Assembly: GCF_902713615.1 (NCBI RefSeq)
Contig: NC_052147.1
Location: 167,070,410-167,134,409 of the forward strand
DNA: 64,000 bases
Source: Scyliorhinus canicula
Lineage: Eukaryota
Reading direction: 5' to 3'
Shown here: piece by piece, positions 52,096 to 64,000 of the stretch
Layout: every line of letters starts with the position of its first letter
Numbering within the stretch: the first letter of the stretch is position 1
Program-made: the position numbers and the translations under genes
The notes under the pieces: model-generated
The model's input: the letters and a program-made list of their open reading frames with translations, nothing else
Told to the model about the DNA's origin: nothing
Database searches by the model: none

Positions 52096-52980
52096 ATGGT
52101 TAACAGTGAAGAAGAGGATGGTAGGTTACAGGAAGATATAGGCGGGTTGGTCAGATGGACAGAGCATTGGCAAATGGAATTAAACCCTGATAAGTGTGAG
52201 GTGATGCACTTTGGAAGAAGATACAGCACAAGGGAGTATGTAATGAATGGCAAGGCATTAGGCAGCTCAGAGGAAAAGATGGATCTCGGGCTACTTGTTC
52301 ACAGATCCCTGAAGGTTGAAGATCAGTGAATAGGGTGGTTAAGAAGGCATATAAGGTACTTGCCTTTATCAGTCGTGGCAGAGAATATAAGAGCAAGGAG
52401 GTTATGATGCAGCTGTACAGAACATTGATTAGGCCTCAGCTGGAGTACTGTGTGCAGTTCTGGCCTCTTCATTTTAGGGGGGAGGTGATTGCACTGGAGG
52501 GGTTACAGAGGAGATTCGCCAGGAGGTTGCTGGAATGGAGCAACTGAATTATCAGGAGAGACTGGAGAGACTTGGAATTTTTTCTTCAGAGCAAAGAAGG
52601 CTGGGGGGATATGATTGAGGTGTATAAGATTATGAGGGGTTTGGACAGGGTAAACAGGAAGCAGCTGTTCCCCTTGCTGAGGGGTCAATCACAAGGGAGC
52701 ACAGTTTTAGGATGGGGGCAGGAGATTCTGAGGGGATTTGAGGAAACAAATGTTCACCCAGAGGGTGGTGAGAATCTGGAATGCACTGCCTGGAGAGGTA
52801 GTGGAGGTTGGAAAGCTCACATCCTTTAAAAAGCATTTGCACGAGCACTTGAAATGCCATCACATTCAAGGATATGGGACAAGTGCTGCTAAATGGGATT
52901 AACACAAGATTTGGGGTAGTTGTTGTTGGTGCAGATTCGATAGGCCGAAGGGCCTTTTCTGCACTGTACAACTCTGACTA
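52096..52980 (+). mobile_element. CR1 LINE 3' fragment
   Basis: WQMELNPDKCEVMHFG; LIRPQLEYCVQFW. Confidence 0.85.
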
Positions 52981-55074
52981 TGACTACGTGTCCAGCAGTG
53001 CCTCATTTCTCAGTATAAAATAATTTTTTTTTCTTGTGTTACCTTTGGTACTTTAGTCATTCCATTTAAAATTTGTGTCCTCTGGTTCACAACCCTTCTG
53101 CCAATGAGAAAAGTTTCTCTCTATCTGCTCTGTCCAGTCCCCTTGTAGTTTTGACCACCTTAATCAAACCTCTCAATCTTATCTTCTCTACGGAGTACAG
53201 ACCCAACTTCACCGAATCTGTACTGAAATTCCTATCCCTAGAACTATTCGTGTCAATGTTTCCAAGTGCTTTCACATCCTAACTAAAATGTCATGCCCAG
53301 AATTGGTTATTATGGAGGCAGTGGGCCTACCCAATGGCTGCAAAATCACAGGCGAGCATACCTCTGCCAGCCTAGAAGCCATGATGCTATTTTGTGTGGC
53401 TCAGGTAATTATTTGCAAAGGTAATCCTTCTGCCCCACTGTGGCAAGATGTTCCATCTTTAATCAGTGTTGTCAGCTCTTCAGTCACACCACTGGGAGCA
53501 GTGGCCACTGCTGGAACTGCAAATGTCCCAGGACTGATGACCCTGCAGCAAGCAAGGATGTGGGGATGGTCAGAATCTAGGGCATTGGGGAATCTTCCCA
53601 CAGGGGTAACTGTGGGTGTTATGGATGTCTGGTCAGCTCTCAACTATGGCTAAGAAACTGGACCGGATGCCACAACTGTTTTAAGTTTTTACATGGTGCG
53701 GAAATATTGATTTGTTCCAGGAGTGATAATATAAGAAATAGGGCTTGGCTATTTTATAAACAAACTTTATTAAAACAAAGCAAAAGAAAAAAACACTTAA
53801 ACTTTTACTTCAGCTCTAACAGTAACAGATTATATGTAGTTTCTTCACATTAACACATTAGTTCCCATTAAACATTGCTTTAAATAACCATGCCGCTCTC
53901 ATACCACTTATACAGACAGGCCAAGTCAATATATACATTTACAAAGCAATTTTTCTTCTGTTAGGGACATTTGTTCAGAACCCTTTCGCAAAGCCTACCT
54001 TGCTGACAACTTTCATAACCTCTCTGGTTGATTTCCACAGCCTTCTTCCAGCAACTGTTCAGAACAGTATTCTTTCTCACATTCTTCCTGAGCTCTACCC
54101 ACTCCTCAAATAAAGGTTTTCTGCAGAGGTGGCCAGACCTGAATCCATTATAGTTATCTTGGCTGTCTGATTTCCCACTTCCGTTTCCACAAAAGAACAG
54201 AGCAATGCCATTCATATGAAACTAACCTTCCATTGACAGATTAATAAGTCATCAGACTCTGTGATGGGCTGATGGCTAGTCAAACAAGGCTGTCACAAAT
54301 AACAATTGATCTTGAGTTGATCACGCTGGTTGAAGTGCGGCATCCTATATATTCTCACTAATGAGACTAAGTCTGAATGGGACAAGGTAACTCAGGCTGT
54401 GGGCATATCCCTCAGACTCTGCTGCTAGCAATCTTTTCCTTCAGTCTGTTTAACCCCTAAACTGCCTGCTATATCTTGGACCCCATTTCTGGACCCAAGT
54501 TCCTAATATTTCCCTCATGACAGGGGAAGGCCTCCTTGGGCTAGATCAAGGTGGTGCACACAGGCTTCAGTCTGGTAAAATGTCAGCGGTTGATGTAGGG
54601 GAGTTTAAGTGGCGAGTAATTGATCACATAAAGGCCTCAATTGGCCTACAGGAGGAGATTGCACACTAGCATTCTGGTATTGTACCTCTAGTGGGGAGGT
54701 GACAGAAAACACCTCCCCGCCTTCCAACAAATCTTTCAACCCTCACCTGCCAAGCTGCTCCAAGAGAGGAATGTGCAAATTCTGAGCATTACTACAGTTA
54801 AGGCTTGACCAACATTTTGAACAGCTTTATGAATTCTCCTTTAAACTTCTGTTTATAAAGCGCAGGGTCCATATTAACCACTATTTCAATCTGCCCTGAT
54901 AGCTTTAACAATTTGTAATGCATTTACACCCAGGTCTCTCTGTTCGTGCACCTCTTTTAAAACTGTTTATGTTTTATTTTAAATTACCAGAAAGGACAGA
55001 AAGATAACAAATCATTCTTGAAAACAATTGTAGTTTTTAAAAAGTGACAATACCTTTACTGGACTCAACATAAG

Positions 55075-55305
55075 TACATTTTGGATTCTTGCCATTTGAA
55101 TTTTTTGTACAAACAATTAAAACAGCATCAAAGCAGAATGGAGAGAATCAATGCTCTATCTAGAAACCTGAATAAGGGGATTTTATCTGCAATGACTATA
55201 GTTTTTTTCTAATTTGTTTTTTGCTGATATACGCTGCTGAAACTATTAGCATAACAAAAGTATTCTCAGCAGTGGCGTTTCAGTCCAGCGTATAAATATC
55301 GAGCT
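55075..55305 (+). promoter_or_regulatory. Gene 3 promoter: TTTTTGCTGA (55218-55227), a second TGCTGA, AACAAAAG (55253-55260), TCAGCA, TATAAAT (55291-55297)
   Basis: Conserved with the gene 2 promoter; motifs match Maf half-site and Sox consensus. Confidence 0.75.
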
Positions 55306-55354
55306 GCATGAAACAGTGCAATGTTCAGGTAGTTGTCTGACTGTGACACTCAAA

Positions 55355-57848
55355 ATGGGCAAGGTAAGGTCAACTCTCATATTTTTCCCATTTACTGATA
55401 ACCTTTCATGAAATATTTATGAAATCCTAGATTCAGTGAATGCCATTTTATTCCCCACAGATTATCTTTTACGAGGACAGGAACTTCCAGGGTCGGCACT
55501 ATGAGTGCAGCAGTGAGTGTGCTGACCTGTCCCCTTTCTTCAGCCGCTGTAACTCCATCCGCGTTGAGAGTGACTGGTGGGTGGTCTATGAGAAACCCAA
55601 TTACATGGGATACCAGTATGTTCTGACCAGGGGAGAATATCCTGACTACCAGCGCTGGATGGGATTCAATGACTGCATTAGGTCATGCCGCTCCTACCCA
55701 CACGTAAGTTCTGAATTCACATGAACTATCAGTTTACAATCATTTACCGATATTCTTTATATTTGTTGTAAACCATTTAAATATGGCGACAAGAACAACT
55801 CAAAGATTGTGAATTCTCCAGTGAGTAACTCACCTTCTGAATCCCAAAGCTTGTCCACCAAATTCAGAGATGCGATGGAATTCTCTCCACCAGACTGGAT
55901 GAGAGCTGCTCCAACCACACTCAAGAAGCTCAATATTTTAGTAAGGCATGGGAAGTCCACAGCGAGTTGTGGTAAAGAAATTTATTTTACCAACAATATT
56001 ATCTACACGAGGCCTGTTACACCTCACCGGGTCTTCTCTCCTTTCTGGCCAAACTTTTATACCAGTACTGATTAGCTAGCCCGCCCCAAGCAGGGGAGCT
56101 CGTACTCCCAATGAGCTGGATGAGCCCCATGCAGTGTCTACAAAAGGGCTGGCCTGCAATATTTTGCTTCAAACGGCTGTAGTTGAAAAGTTGACAGAGA
56201 ATGTGAGTGTTGTGAAGCTGTTCCATTGTTGCGAACATCATAATTAGGCCCAGAATGCTTCTAACACACAGTCACTTTAACCTTCTAGAAATTGACCCAA
56301 CCTGGTTACTCTTCAAGTGATAGGTTTAGATACTTTCCTAGATGCCCCAGATAATGAGATGAAGCTACAGAATATTGATTGCTACATTAGCCAACTTTGG
56401 TTACTTTTTGTGGCGTGATCGCGTATTTAGCTGCTTTAGCTTCAAATTTTGGCCATACTCACAGAGTTACATAACACATTTTCACATGAGTAAACTTGCA
56501 CCAAGTTAACTGCTTCATTTCACCGTCTTTGTGGCAAATTACTTATTTTTTGAGGGGGATTATTTCAGTACTGGGATAACTGAGAAAAATATGTTCCACA
56601 CTTAATTCTCTGTCGTTTTAGTCTACAAACTCTCCAGTCCATCTGTATCCTTTTCATAGATCATAGAATCATAGAATTTACAGTGCAGAAGGAGGCCATT
56701 TGGCCCATCGAGTCTGCACCGGCTCTTGGAAAGAGCACCCTACCCAAGGTCAACGACTCCACCCTATCCCCATAACCCAGTAACCCCACCCAACACTAAG
56801 GGCAATTTTGGACACTAAGGGGAATTTATCATGGCCAATCCACCTAACCTGCACATCTTTGGACTGTGGGAGGAAACCGGAGTACCCGGAGGAAACCCAC
56901 GCACACACGGGGAGTATGTGCAGACTCCGCACAGACAGTGACCCAAGCCGGATTCGAACCTGGGACCCTGGAGCTGTGAAGCGATTGTGCTATCCCCAAT
57001 GCTACCATGCCTTTTGGCAGAAGAGGGCCAAGAAATACCAGTAACGATTGAGATCTAATTTTACTAACGATCTGTTCATAGTTAGAATAGCATCGTGACT
57101 GACAAAATAGTATATTGAAATGTCCTCGTGTTTTGTTTGTGGAAGTGCAGCCTTGATGCCAATGACAGCCAGTAATTACATTTGATGAATGGTAAACTAG
57201 TCATTTCCAAAGTTATCAACAAATTACTGCGGATGCCGGAATCTGAAACAAAAACAGAAAATACTGGACAATCTTAGCAGGTCTGACAGCATCTGTGGAG
57301 AGAGAAGGGAGCTAACAAAGAGTTGGTCAGACTCGAAATGTTAGCTCCCTTCTCTCTCCACAGATGATGTCAGACCTGCTGAGATTGTCAGGCATTTTCT
57401 GTTTTTGATTCATTTCCAAATCCTTTTTAACTTTTATTTTCATGAGCACGTGTAAGCTCAAGTACTTCACGTTTCCTGTTCTAAAAGGCATTTGCATTTG
57501 GCATTCTCTGCAGTACCTATCAACCACACATCTACTTGATGCAACTTGAATGGTATATGCTCTTTATTACAGTACCGGGGAGGCACCTACAGAATGAGGA
57601 TTTATGAGAGGCCTGACTTTGGAGGACAGATGATGGAATTCATGGAAGACTGTCCATCTGTCTACGATCGTTTCCGTTACCGTGACATCCACTCCTGCCA
57701 AGTGATGGACGGTTATTGGATCTTCTATGAACATCCCAACTACAGAGGCCGACAGTACTTCATGAGACCCGGTGAATACAGGAGATACAGTGACTGGGGC
57801 GGCTACAACTCAACTATCGGATCTTTCAGACGAATGAGGGATTTCTAA
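55355..57848 (+). CDS. cryg: Gamma-crystallin gene 3, join(55355..55363,55461..55703,57573..57848), 175 aa
   Basis: ATGGGCAAG|GT; ccccacag|[16 protein letters not shown]...SYPH|GT; attacag|[18 protein letters not shown]...RRMRDF*. Open frame, canonical splice sites. Confidence 0.95.
56656..57010 (-). mobile_element. Young V-SINE in gene 3 intron 2
   Basis: Near-identical to 5551-5905. Confidence 0.85.
57212..57412. mobile_element. Penelope-derived terminal fragment forming a hairpin with 74-bp arms in gene 3 intron 2
   Basis: 57244-57317 is inverted at 57339-57412. Arms resemble the Penelope end near 13215. Flanked by TCATTTCCAAA (57201-57211 and 57410-57420). Confidence 0.8.
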
Positions 57849-57892
57849 TTCGTGAAAACTTGTTTTTCTCATGCTGAAATATTCTGAAACAT

Positions 57893-57898
57893 AATAAA
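57893..57898 (+). terminator. Polyadenylation signal, gene 3
   Basis: AATAAA at the equivalent position. Confidence 0.8.
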
Positions 57899-58110
57899 GG
57901 TGCAATCAGCAAAACAGATTTTTCTTTGTAGTGTGTTTTTGTGCCTCTGTCGCTCCAGACATTTTATGATCTTGAAACTATAATAAGTATTGGGAAATAT
58001 ATTTTGACCATGAAATTGAAAATGAGAAAATAGATAGCGACATAAGATTGTGCAATAAAGCCTTTATTTAAACCAGGGACTACTCGTTATGGCAGCTGTT
58101 TTTATAGACT

Positions 58111-58151
58111 CCCCCCCCCCCCCCCACCCCCCCCCCCCCCCCCCCCCCCCC
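58111..58151 (+). repeat. Poly-C tract
   Basis: About 40 C with one A interruption. Confidence 0.9.
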
Positions 58152-58911
58152 ACCATACTTTATGCATAGTACCATGGGTTTCATGGAATAAATAAATGAT
58201 ATATAAAGAAATATTTTAAGAAGTTATCATCCATCTGATAGAGCCCAGCCACCTGGCCCTTTCCTTTGGCCTTTACCTTACACTGTAATAGACAGGGATG
58301 ATGTTGAGCCTGCACTTGCTATCCACAGGTTCTGTAGCGTGGGCAGAAAATCAGTTTGAGAATTGAGCACAAGAATTGAGAAAACGCGATTTTCCTCTCC
58401 CCTCAAATTTTCCCCTCCCCTCACCGGTGATGTGACAGGGTTCACGGGCACAAAGGATGTGAATCTTATTTAAATAGATAACCATTTAAATATTATTGGC
58501 GGGGTGTCCACCGCATGATCCCCTCACTAAATATTCATACGTTGCCAAAGTGACATCATGTTGGCAAGGTTCACAACAGGTTTGGTCAGACATAACACAG
58601 TCAAGGGGATCCCCCAGGTGGCATGGAGGTACGTTTAAGCCCTCAGGGGGAGGGGGGTCATGCCTGAACAGTGCCCTGGACCTACCCCGGCAAAGGTTAG
58701 CATTGGTCGTTCCAACCTGTGCCGGGGGCATTGCCAGGGGTGGGCCCTAGTGGAAACCAATTGGGGGGTGCATTAATGTGTGGTTGGAGAGGGAGAGTGG
58801 ACAATGATGGAGGAGGTGGGGCCGGAGTGCCAGATATACATTTGTCTTGTTGGTGAATGGGGTGCAATGCCAGCGAGGAGCGGTGGGAGTTAGGGGGATG
58901 AGTATGCCTTC

Positions 58912-59750
58912 TGTCATGGGAATGTCCCTTTGAGAAATGCTTTTGTCTCATCACATGGCTTCAATGATGTCATTGTGTGAGTGGAGCTGGGCTGTGGCTC
59001 TGTGGGTTTTTACAATCGCTTTGAGTTTTGGACTGGTTTGAACTGCACAAGTTGAAAGAAGTGTCTCTACCTTCATTTTAAAAGCTGTTTCCAGACTGCT
59101 TGGAAACCTAAAAGAGATAATTGCTTTCTGGAAGGAATTCAAACTTGCTGTTTGAAAAGGGGAACAGAGTATCAATAACAGATGTGCAGGTTAGGTGGAT
59201 TGGCCATGATAAATTGCCCTTAGTGTCCAAAATTGCCCTTAGTGTTGGGTGGGGTTACTGGGTTATGGGGATAGGGTGAAGTTGTTGACCTTGGGTAGGG
59301 TGCTCTTTCCAAGAGCCAGTGCAGACTCGATGGGCTGAATGGCCTCCTTCTGCACTGTAAATTCTATGATCTATGAACAGGTCATAAACCAGTAAGAATG
59401 CTGTGTTGCTGGGCCACACCTTTGAAAAGAGGTTTCTGGTTTTACTTGGATTTTGTTGTCGAATTGGAACAGTTAACGAGGAATTTATTAAGGGTTATAC
59501 ATAGATTCTGTAGTTGTGTGGGATCTTTATGTTTGTAGTTGATAAAAATTCTGACTGTGTGTGTTTATACATACATTTACTAAATTTGTAGAATAAAGCT
59601 TTTTTAAAAATTAAAAGTGCCTAAGAACTCTGTTGAATAACACCTGAAGGGCAGGCTCTTCTGCTCTTCCTAGCCAAATTCAATAAACAGTTGAGGGTCA
59701 GGTGAACTCCATGACATACTTTGGAGTTTTCTAAACCCTGATCCATAACA
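58912..59750 (+). mobile_element. Solo LTR containing a truncated SINE (about 59180-59375, AACAG duplication)
   Basis: TGTCATGG...CCATAACA inverted ends, flanked by CTTC/TTTC. Confidence 0.7.
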
Positions 59751-59844
59751 TTTCAGTGAATGTTGGTGGGGGGCGTAGCCCCCAAAAGCTTTGTGATGGG
59801 GTCTGAGGGTCATTAGGCTGCAATCCCAAATGAGACATCCTTTA

Positions 59845-60797
59845 GAACAAAGAACAAAGAAAAGTGCAGCACCGAAACAGGCCCTTCAGCCCTCCAAGCC
59901 TATGCCGACCATGCTGCCTGTCTAAACTAAAATCTTCTACACTTCTGGGGTCCGTATCCCTCTATTCCCAACCTATTCATGTATTTGTCAAGATGCCCCT
60001 TAAATGTCACTATCGTCCCTACTTCCACCATCTCCTCCGGCAGCGAGTTCCAGGCATCCACTACCCTCTGTGTAAAAAAAACTTGCCTCAACAATCTCCT
60101 CTAAACCTTGCCCCTCGCACCTGAAACCTATGCCCCGTAGTAATTGACCCCTCTACCCTGGGAAAAAGCCTCTGACTATCCATTCTGTCTATGCCCCTCA
60201 TAATTTTGTAGACCTCTATCAGGTCGCCCCTCACCTCCGTCATTCCAGTGAGAACAGACCGAGTTTATTCAACCGCTCCTCACAGCTATACATTTGTCTT
60301 GTTGGTGAATGGGGTGCAATGCCAGCGAGGAGCGGTGGGAGTTAGGGGGATGAGTATGCCTTCTGTCATGGGAATGTCCCTTTGAGGAATGCATTTAGGG
60401 GCAGCACGGTAGCATAGTGGTTAGCATAAATGCTTCACAGCTCCAGGGTCCCAGGTTCGATTCCCGGCTGGGTCACTGTCTGTGCGGAGTCTGCACGTCC
60501 TCCCCGTGTGTGCGTGGGTTTCCTCCGGGTGCTCCGGTTTCCTCCCACAGTCCAAAGATGTGCGGGTTAGGTGGATTGGCCATGCTAAATTGCCCGTAGT
60601 GTCCTAAAAAGTAAGGTTAAGGGGGGGATTGTTGGGTTACGGGTATAGGGTGGATACGTGGGTTTGAGTAGGGTGATCATGGCTCGGCACAACATCGAGG
60701 GCCGAAGGGCCTGTTCTGTGCTGTACTGTTCTATGTTCTATGTTCTAATGTCCTCCATACCAGGCAACATCCTGGTAAATCTCTTCTGCACCCTCAT
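59845..60797 (-). mobile_element. CR1 3' fragment interrupted by a chimeric SINE insertion (60287-60747)
   Basis: The CR1 text ..CTCCTCACAGCTA resumes as ATGTCCTCCATACCAGGC after the insertion. Confidence 0.8.
60398..60747 (+). mobile_element. Young full-length V-SINE
   Basis: GGGGCAGCACGGTAGC head with A/B boxes; (TTCTATG)n tail. Confidence 0.9.
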
Positions 60798-61029
60798 TAA
60801 AGGATGGCATCCTGAGCACTTTGGAGCTACTTAATGGTTCTACGAGGCTCCTCCCCCCCCCCAGAGTGACGGTGTAAACCATGCTCACTAATTTTTTTCT
60901 TTTTAAGAGATTCAATATTTGGCGAGAATACTGGTTGTGCAACTGGGAATTATACTCCAGTTTTCGGTCTGAGTCTGACGCTTTGCCAAATTTTGGTAAG
61001 GTTGTGCTCATAGGATACCTATAGGAATT

Positions 61030-62870
61030 AAAAATTAAAAATGTCATGAACTTGAAAAATGCAGATCATTATGTATGATATGACAATCATTACAGATACT
61101 GCAGGATTACAAAAACTGAGACCTGAATATTCAAGGGTACATGATATTTAAAAGGACAGGAAGCTAGTTAAAGTTTGAGTATCTCGGTTAGTTACGGATG
61201 ACATTGTCACAATAGAGAAAGTTTACCTAAGTTCTGAAGATCAAGATGTAGAATCAGTTGGGTGAGGTGAGAAAACGTAAAGGTATGAAGTCACTTGTGG
61301 CAATGGTTTATTGCCCCCCAAACAGTAAGCACACTACAGGACAGAGTATACAGGGAAAAATAGTAGGGGTTTGTGAGACAGGTAAAGTGATAATTATGGG
61401 TGATTTAAATCTAGATATAGATTGGGCAAATCAAGTTGGCAAAAGTAGCCTGAACAAGGAGTTTATCAAGTGTTTTCAGGAGACTTTAGCACCAACCATA
61501 GAGCAGGCTATGCTATATCTGGCATTGTGCAATTTAATGGGATTAATTGATGACCTTATAACGAAGTCCCCTTGGTAACAGCAAACATAATATGATTGAA
61601 TTTCACATTCACTTTGAAGGCTCGAGGGGTGGATCTAAGACTAGCATTTTAAACTTAAATAAGATAAATTATGAAAGCGTTTAAAAAAAATAAATTTAGA
61701 GTATCCAATTCTTTACTTTTCCAATTAAGGGACAATTTAGCGTGACCAATCCATCTACCCTGCACATCTTTGAGTTGTGAGTGTGAGACCCATGCAGATG
61801 AAATGTGCTAACTCCCACAGACAGTGACCTGGGGCCAGGATCGAACCCAGGAACTCGGTGCGATGAAGTAATTATAAAAGCATGAAGACAGCTGATGAGT
61901 TGAATTGGGAAATTAAGTTAAGGGGTACATCAGGAGAGATGCAATGGACGACATTTCATGGAATTTACAGTGCAGATGGAGGCCATTCAGCCCATGGAGT
62001 CTGCACCAACACTTGGAAAGAGCACCCTACTTAACACCACATCTCCACCCTATCCCCGTAACCCAGTAACCCGACCTAACCTTTTGGGCATTAAGGGGCA
62101 ATTTATCATGGCTAATCCAGCTAACCTGCACATCTTTGGACTGTGGGAGGAAACCAGAGCACCCAGAGGAAACCCACGCAGATACAGGGAGAAAGTGGAA
62201 ACTCCACACGCACAGTCACCCGAGGCCGGAATTTAAACCCGGGTCCCTGGAGCTGCGAGGCTGCAGTGCTAACCACTGTGCCACTGTGCTGCCAGTGTTC
62301 TTTAAATAAATTTAGAGTATCCAATTATTGTTTTTCCCAATTAAGGGGCAATTTAGCATGGCCATTCCACCTACCGTGCACATCTTTGGTTTGTGGGGTG
62401 TGACCCATGCAAACACGGGGAAAATGTGGAAACTCCACGCGGACAGTGACCCAGGGCCGGGATAGAACCTGGAACCTCAGTGCCGTGAGGCAGAAATGCT
62501 AACCACTGCACCACGGTGCCACCCAAGGAGATATTTCAGAATATTCAGCAAACATAAATCCCTGTGAGAAAGAAAGACTCGAAGAGAAAGACGCACTATT
62601 TGTGGTAATTGAGGAACTTAAAGATAATAACAAATTGAAAGAATAAGTACATAATTCACAGAGATGAGTGGCAGGTCAGAAGATTCAGCAGGATATAAAG
62701 AACAGCAAAGAATGATTAAAACAATAATAAGGGTGGTTGTTTTGGACTGGCACAGACTCGATGAGGTGGAGGGCCTTTTCTGTGCTGTCCGACTCTATGA
62801 GGGAAAAATTAGCGTACCAGAAAAAGCTAACTGGAAATGTAAATATCGATAGTAAGAGTTTCCGCATATA
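61030..62870 (+). mobile_element. Old CR1 endonuclease region interrupted by three minus-strand SINEs (about 61682-61868, 61960-62292, 62300-62524)
   Basis: SLVAMVYCPPNS..VIIMGDLNLDIDW; SINE bodies recognisable. Confidence 0.75.
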
Positions 62871-64000
62871 CTGTTAAGAACAGTACTGATGTTAGATGCT
62901 AGGGTATCCCAAAACCCAGAAGGGTAACTTGGAACATCGGTATAATGTGAGAAAAGGTATAGAAACCAGTAAGGAAAAGTGCAGTCTTATTTTTGAATTC
63001 AAGTAAAATAATGTTTATAAACTTAAATGAAAGCACACAAAAAATACCCCAATACCAAACAAATACACTTCACTAAAATGATGGCTACAAACACAGTATC
63101 ACATTGAATTATACCCCGTTCTTTTGTACCTATGTTCCTAAACTCTGAGAAACGTTTCTTGTCCCAAATCAACCTCCCATATAATATAACTCTATGAGGT
63201 AAATCCAGTAAATAGTTACCAGTCATGAGTTATCCTCATTTAAGCAGCTTCTCATCAGTTCAGCATAGGATTCCAATGAGGGTTTCAAACAGCCTCTTGG
63301 AGCCTAGGATTTTGTGATTTGGGAGAATTCTGCTTCCCAGCTGGACGTGGCTATGGCCGTAACAGCTAACCAGCTGCTGCCTTCTCCTCCAGTACCAGGC
63401 TATCCCTGGTATTGATATACTGTTTTTCTCTTTCGATCTATCTGAAGAATTGCTTGGACCAGGCTTTTAGCAGATAAGTGTAAATTGTATTCTTATCTCT
63501 CTACTTTGAATTCACCTCTTCTACAGTTTTAACATCTAGAATTCGATATTCCATTCTACCCCGCAGTCATTTAAATAAACACAAGCTTCCTTCCTGCGAA
63601 GCAAATTCGCATGTCAAAAACCCCTTCAGGCACTGCTCTCTTATTATTTTCTCTTTCATCATTCAAACTTTATTTTATCTAAACTGAAAGTCAGAATGTT
63701 ACAGCACAGAAATATTCTCTTCAGTCCATCGTGTCTGTATCAGCTATCAAGCACCTATCTATATTAATCTCATTTGCCCGCTCATGGTCCAGTGTATCCC
63801 TTTCTTAAATATTGATTTTCCTTAAAGATCTTGACAGTATTTAAAGAGGAAAAGAGTAAATAAGTGAACTTTTTCCCTCCAGAGAGTAAGCCTGTGAAAT
63901 TGAGAATGGAAAGAAGGAAATTACAGAATCATAGGATTTACAGTGCTGAAAGAGGCCATTCGCCCCACCAAGTCTACACCAGCCTTGAAAAAGCACCCTA

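Noticed and set aside
60398-60475. tRNA genes
   Set aside because: The tRNA-like A/B box regions are SINE heads followed by V-domain and LINE-type tails.

Overview
AT-rich, repeat-dense vertebrate genomic DNA, most likely from a shark (inferred from HE1/V-SINE-type SINEs, CR1/Rex/L1/Penelope LINE-like elements and shark-type gamma-crystallins; a catshark is plausible but not provable here). The only host genes are three tandem, intact, + strand gamma-crystallin genes about 22-26 kb apart. Each has a 9-nt MGK exon 1, a 243-nt exon 2 and a 276-nt exon 3 (175 aa), a TATA box with upstream Sox/Maf-like motifs, and an AATAAA. Almost everything else is transposable-element debris: tRNA-derived SINEs with at least three different tails, CR1, Rex/Babar, L1 and Penelope fragments, Gypsy-type LTR elements and solo LTRs, and PIF/Harbinger transposon remnants (DDE nuclease plus Myb/SANT ORF) with GC-rich MITE derivatives. 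Most notable: (1) an inverted, intron-containing copy of the crystallin 5' end just upstream of gene 2's promoter, retaining apparently ancestral bases; (2) exon-limited, mosaic homogenisation among the paralogues; (3) long fold-backs of independent origin in intron 2 of all three genes; (4) a gene 1 branch-point region apparently supplied by an antisense CR1; (5) a SINE insertion carrying a 106-bp templated copy of nearby DNA; (6) SINE tail swapping and MITE-into-MITE targeting. All alignments were done by eye, so element boundaries are approximate and no database was searched. I see no clear evidence of a wholly new protein-coding system.
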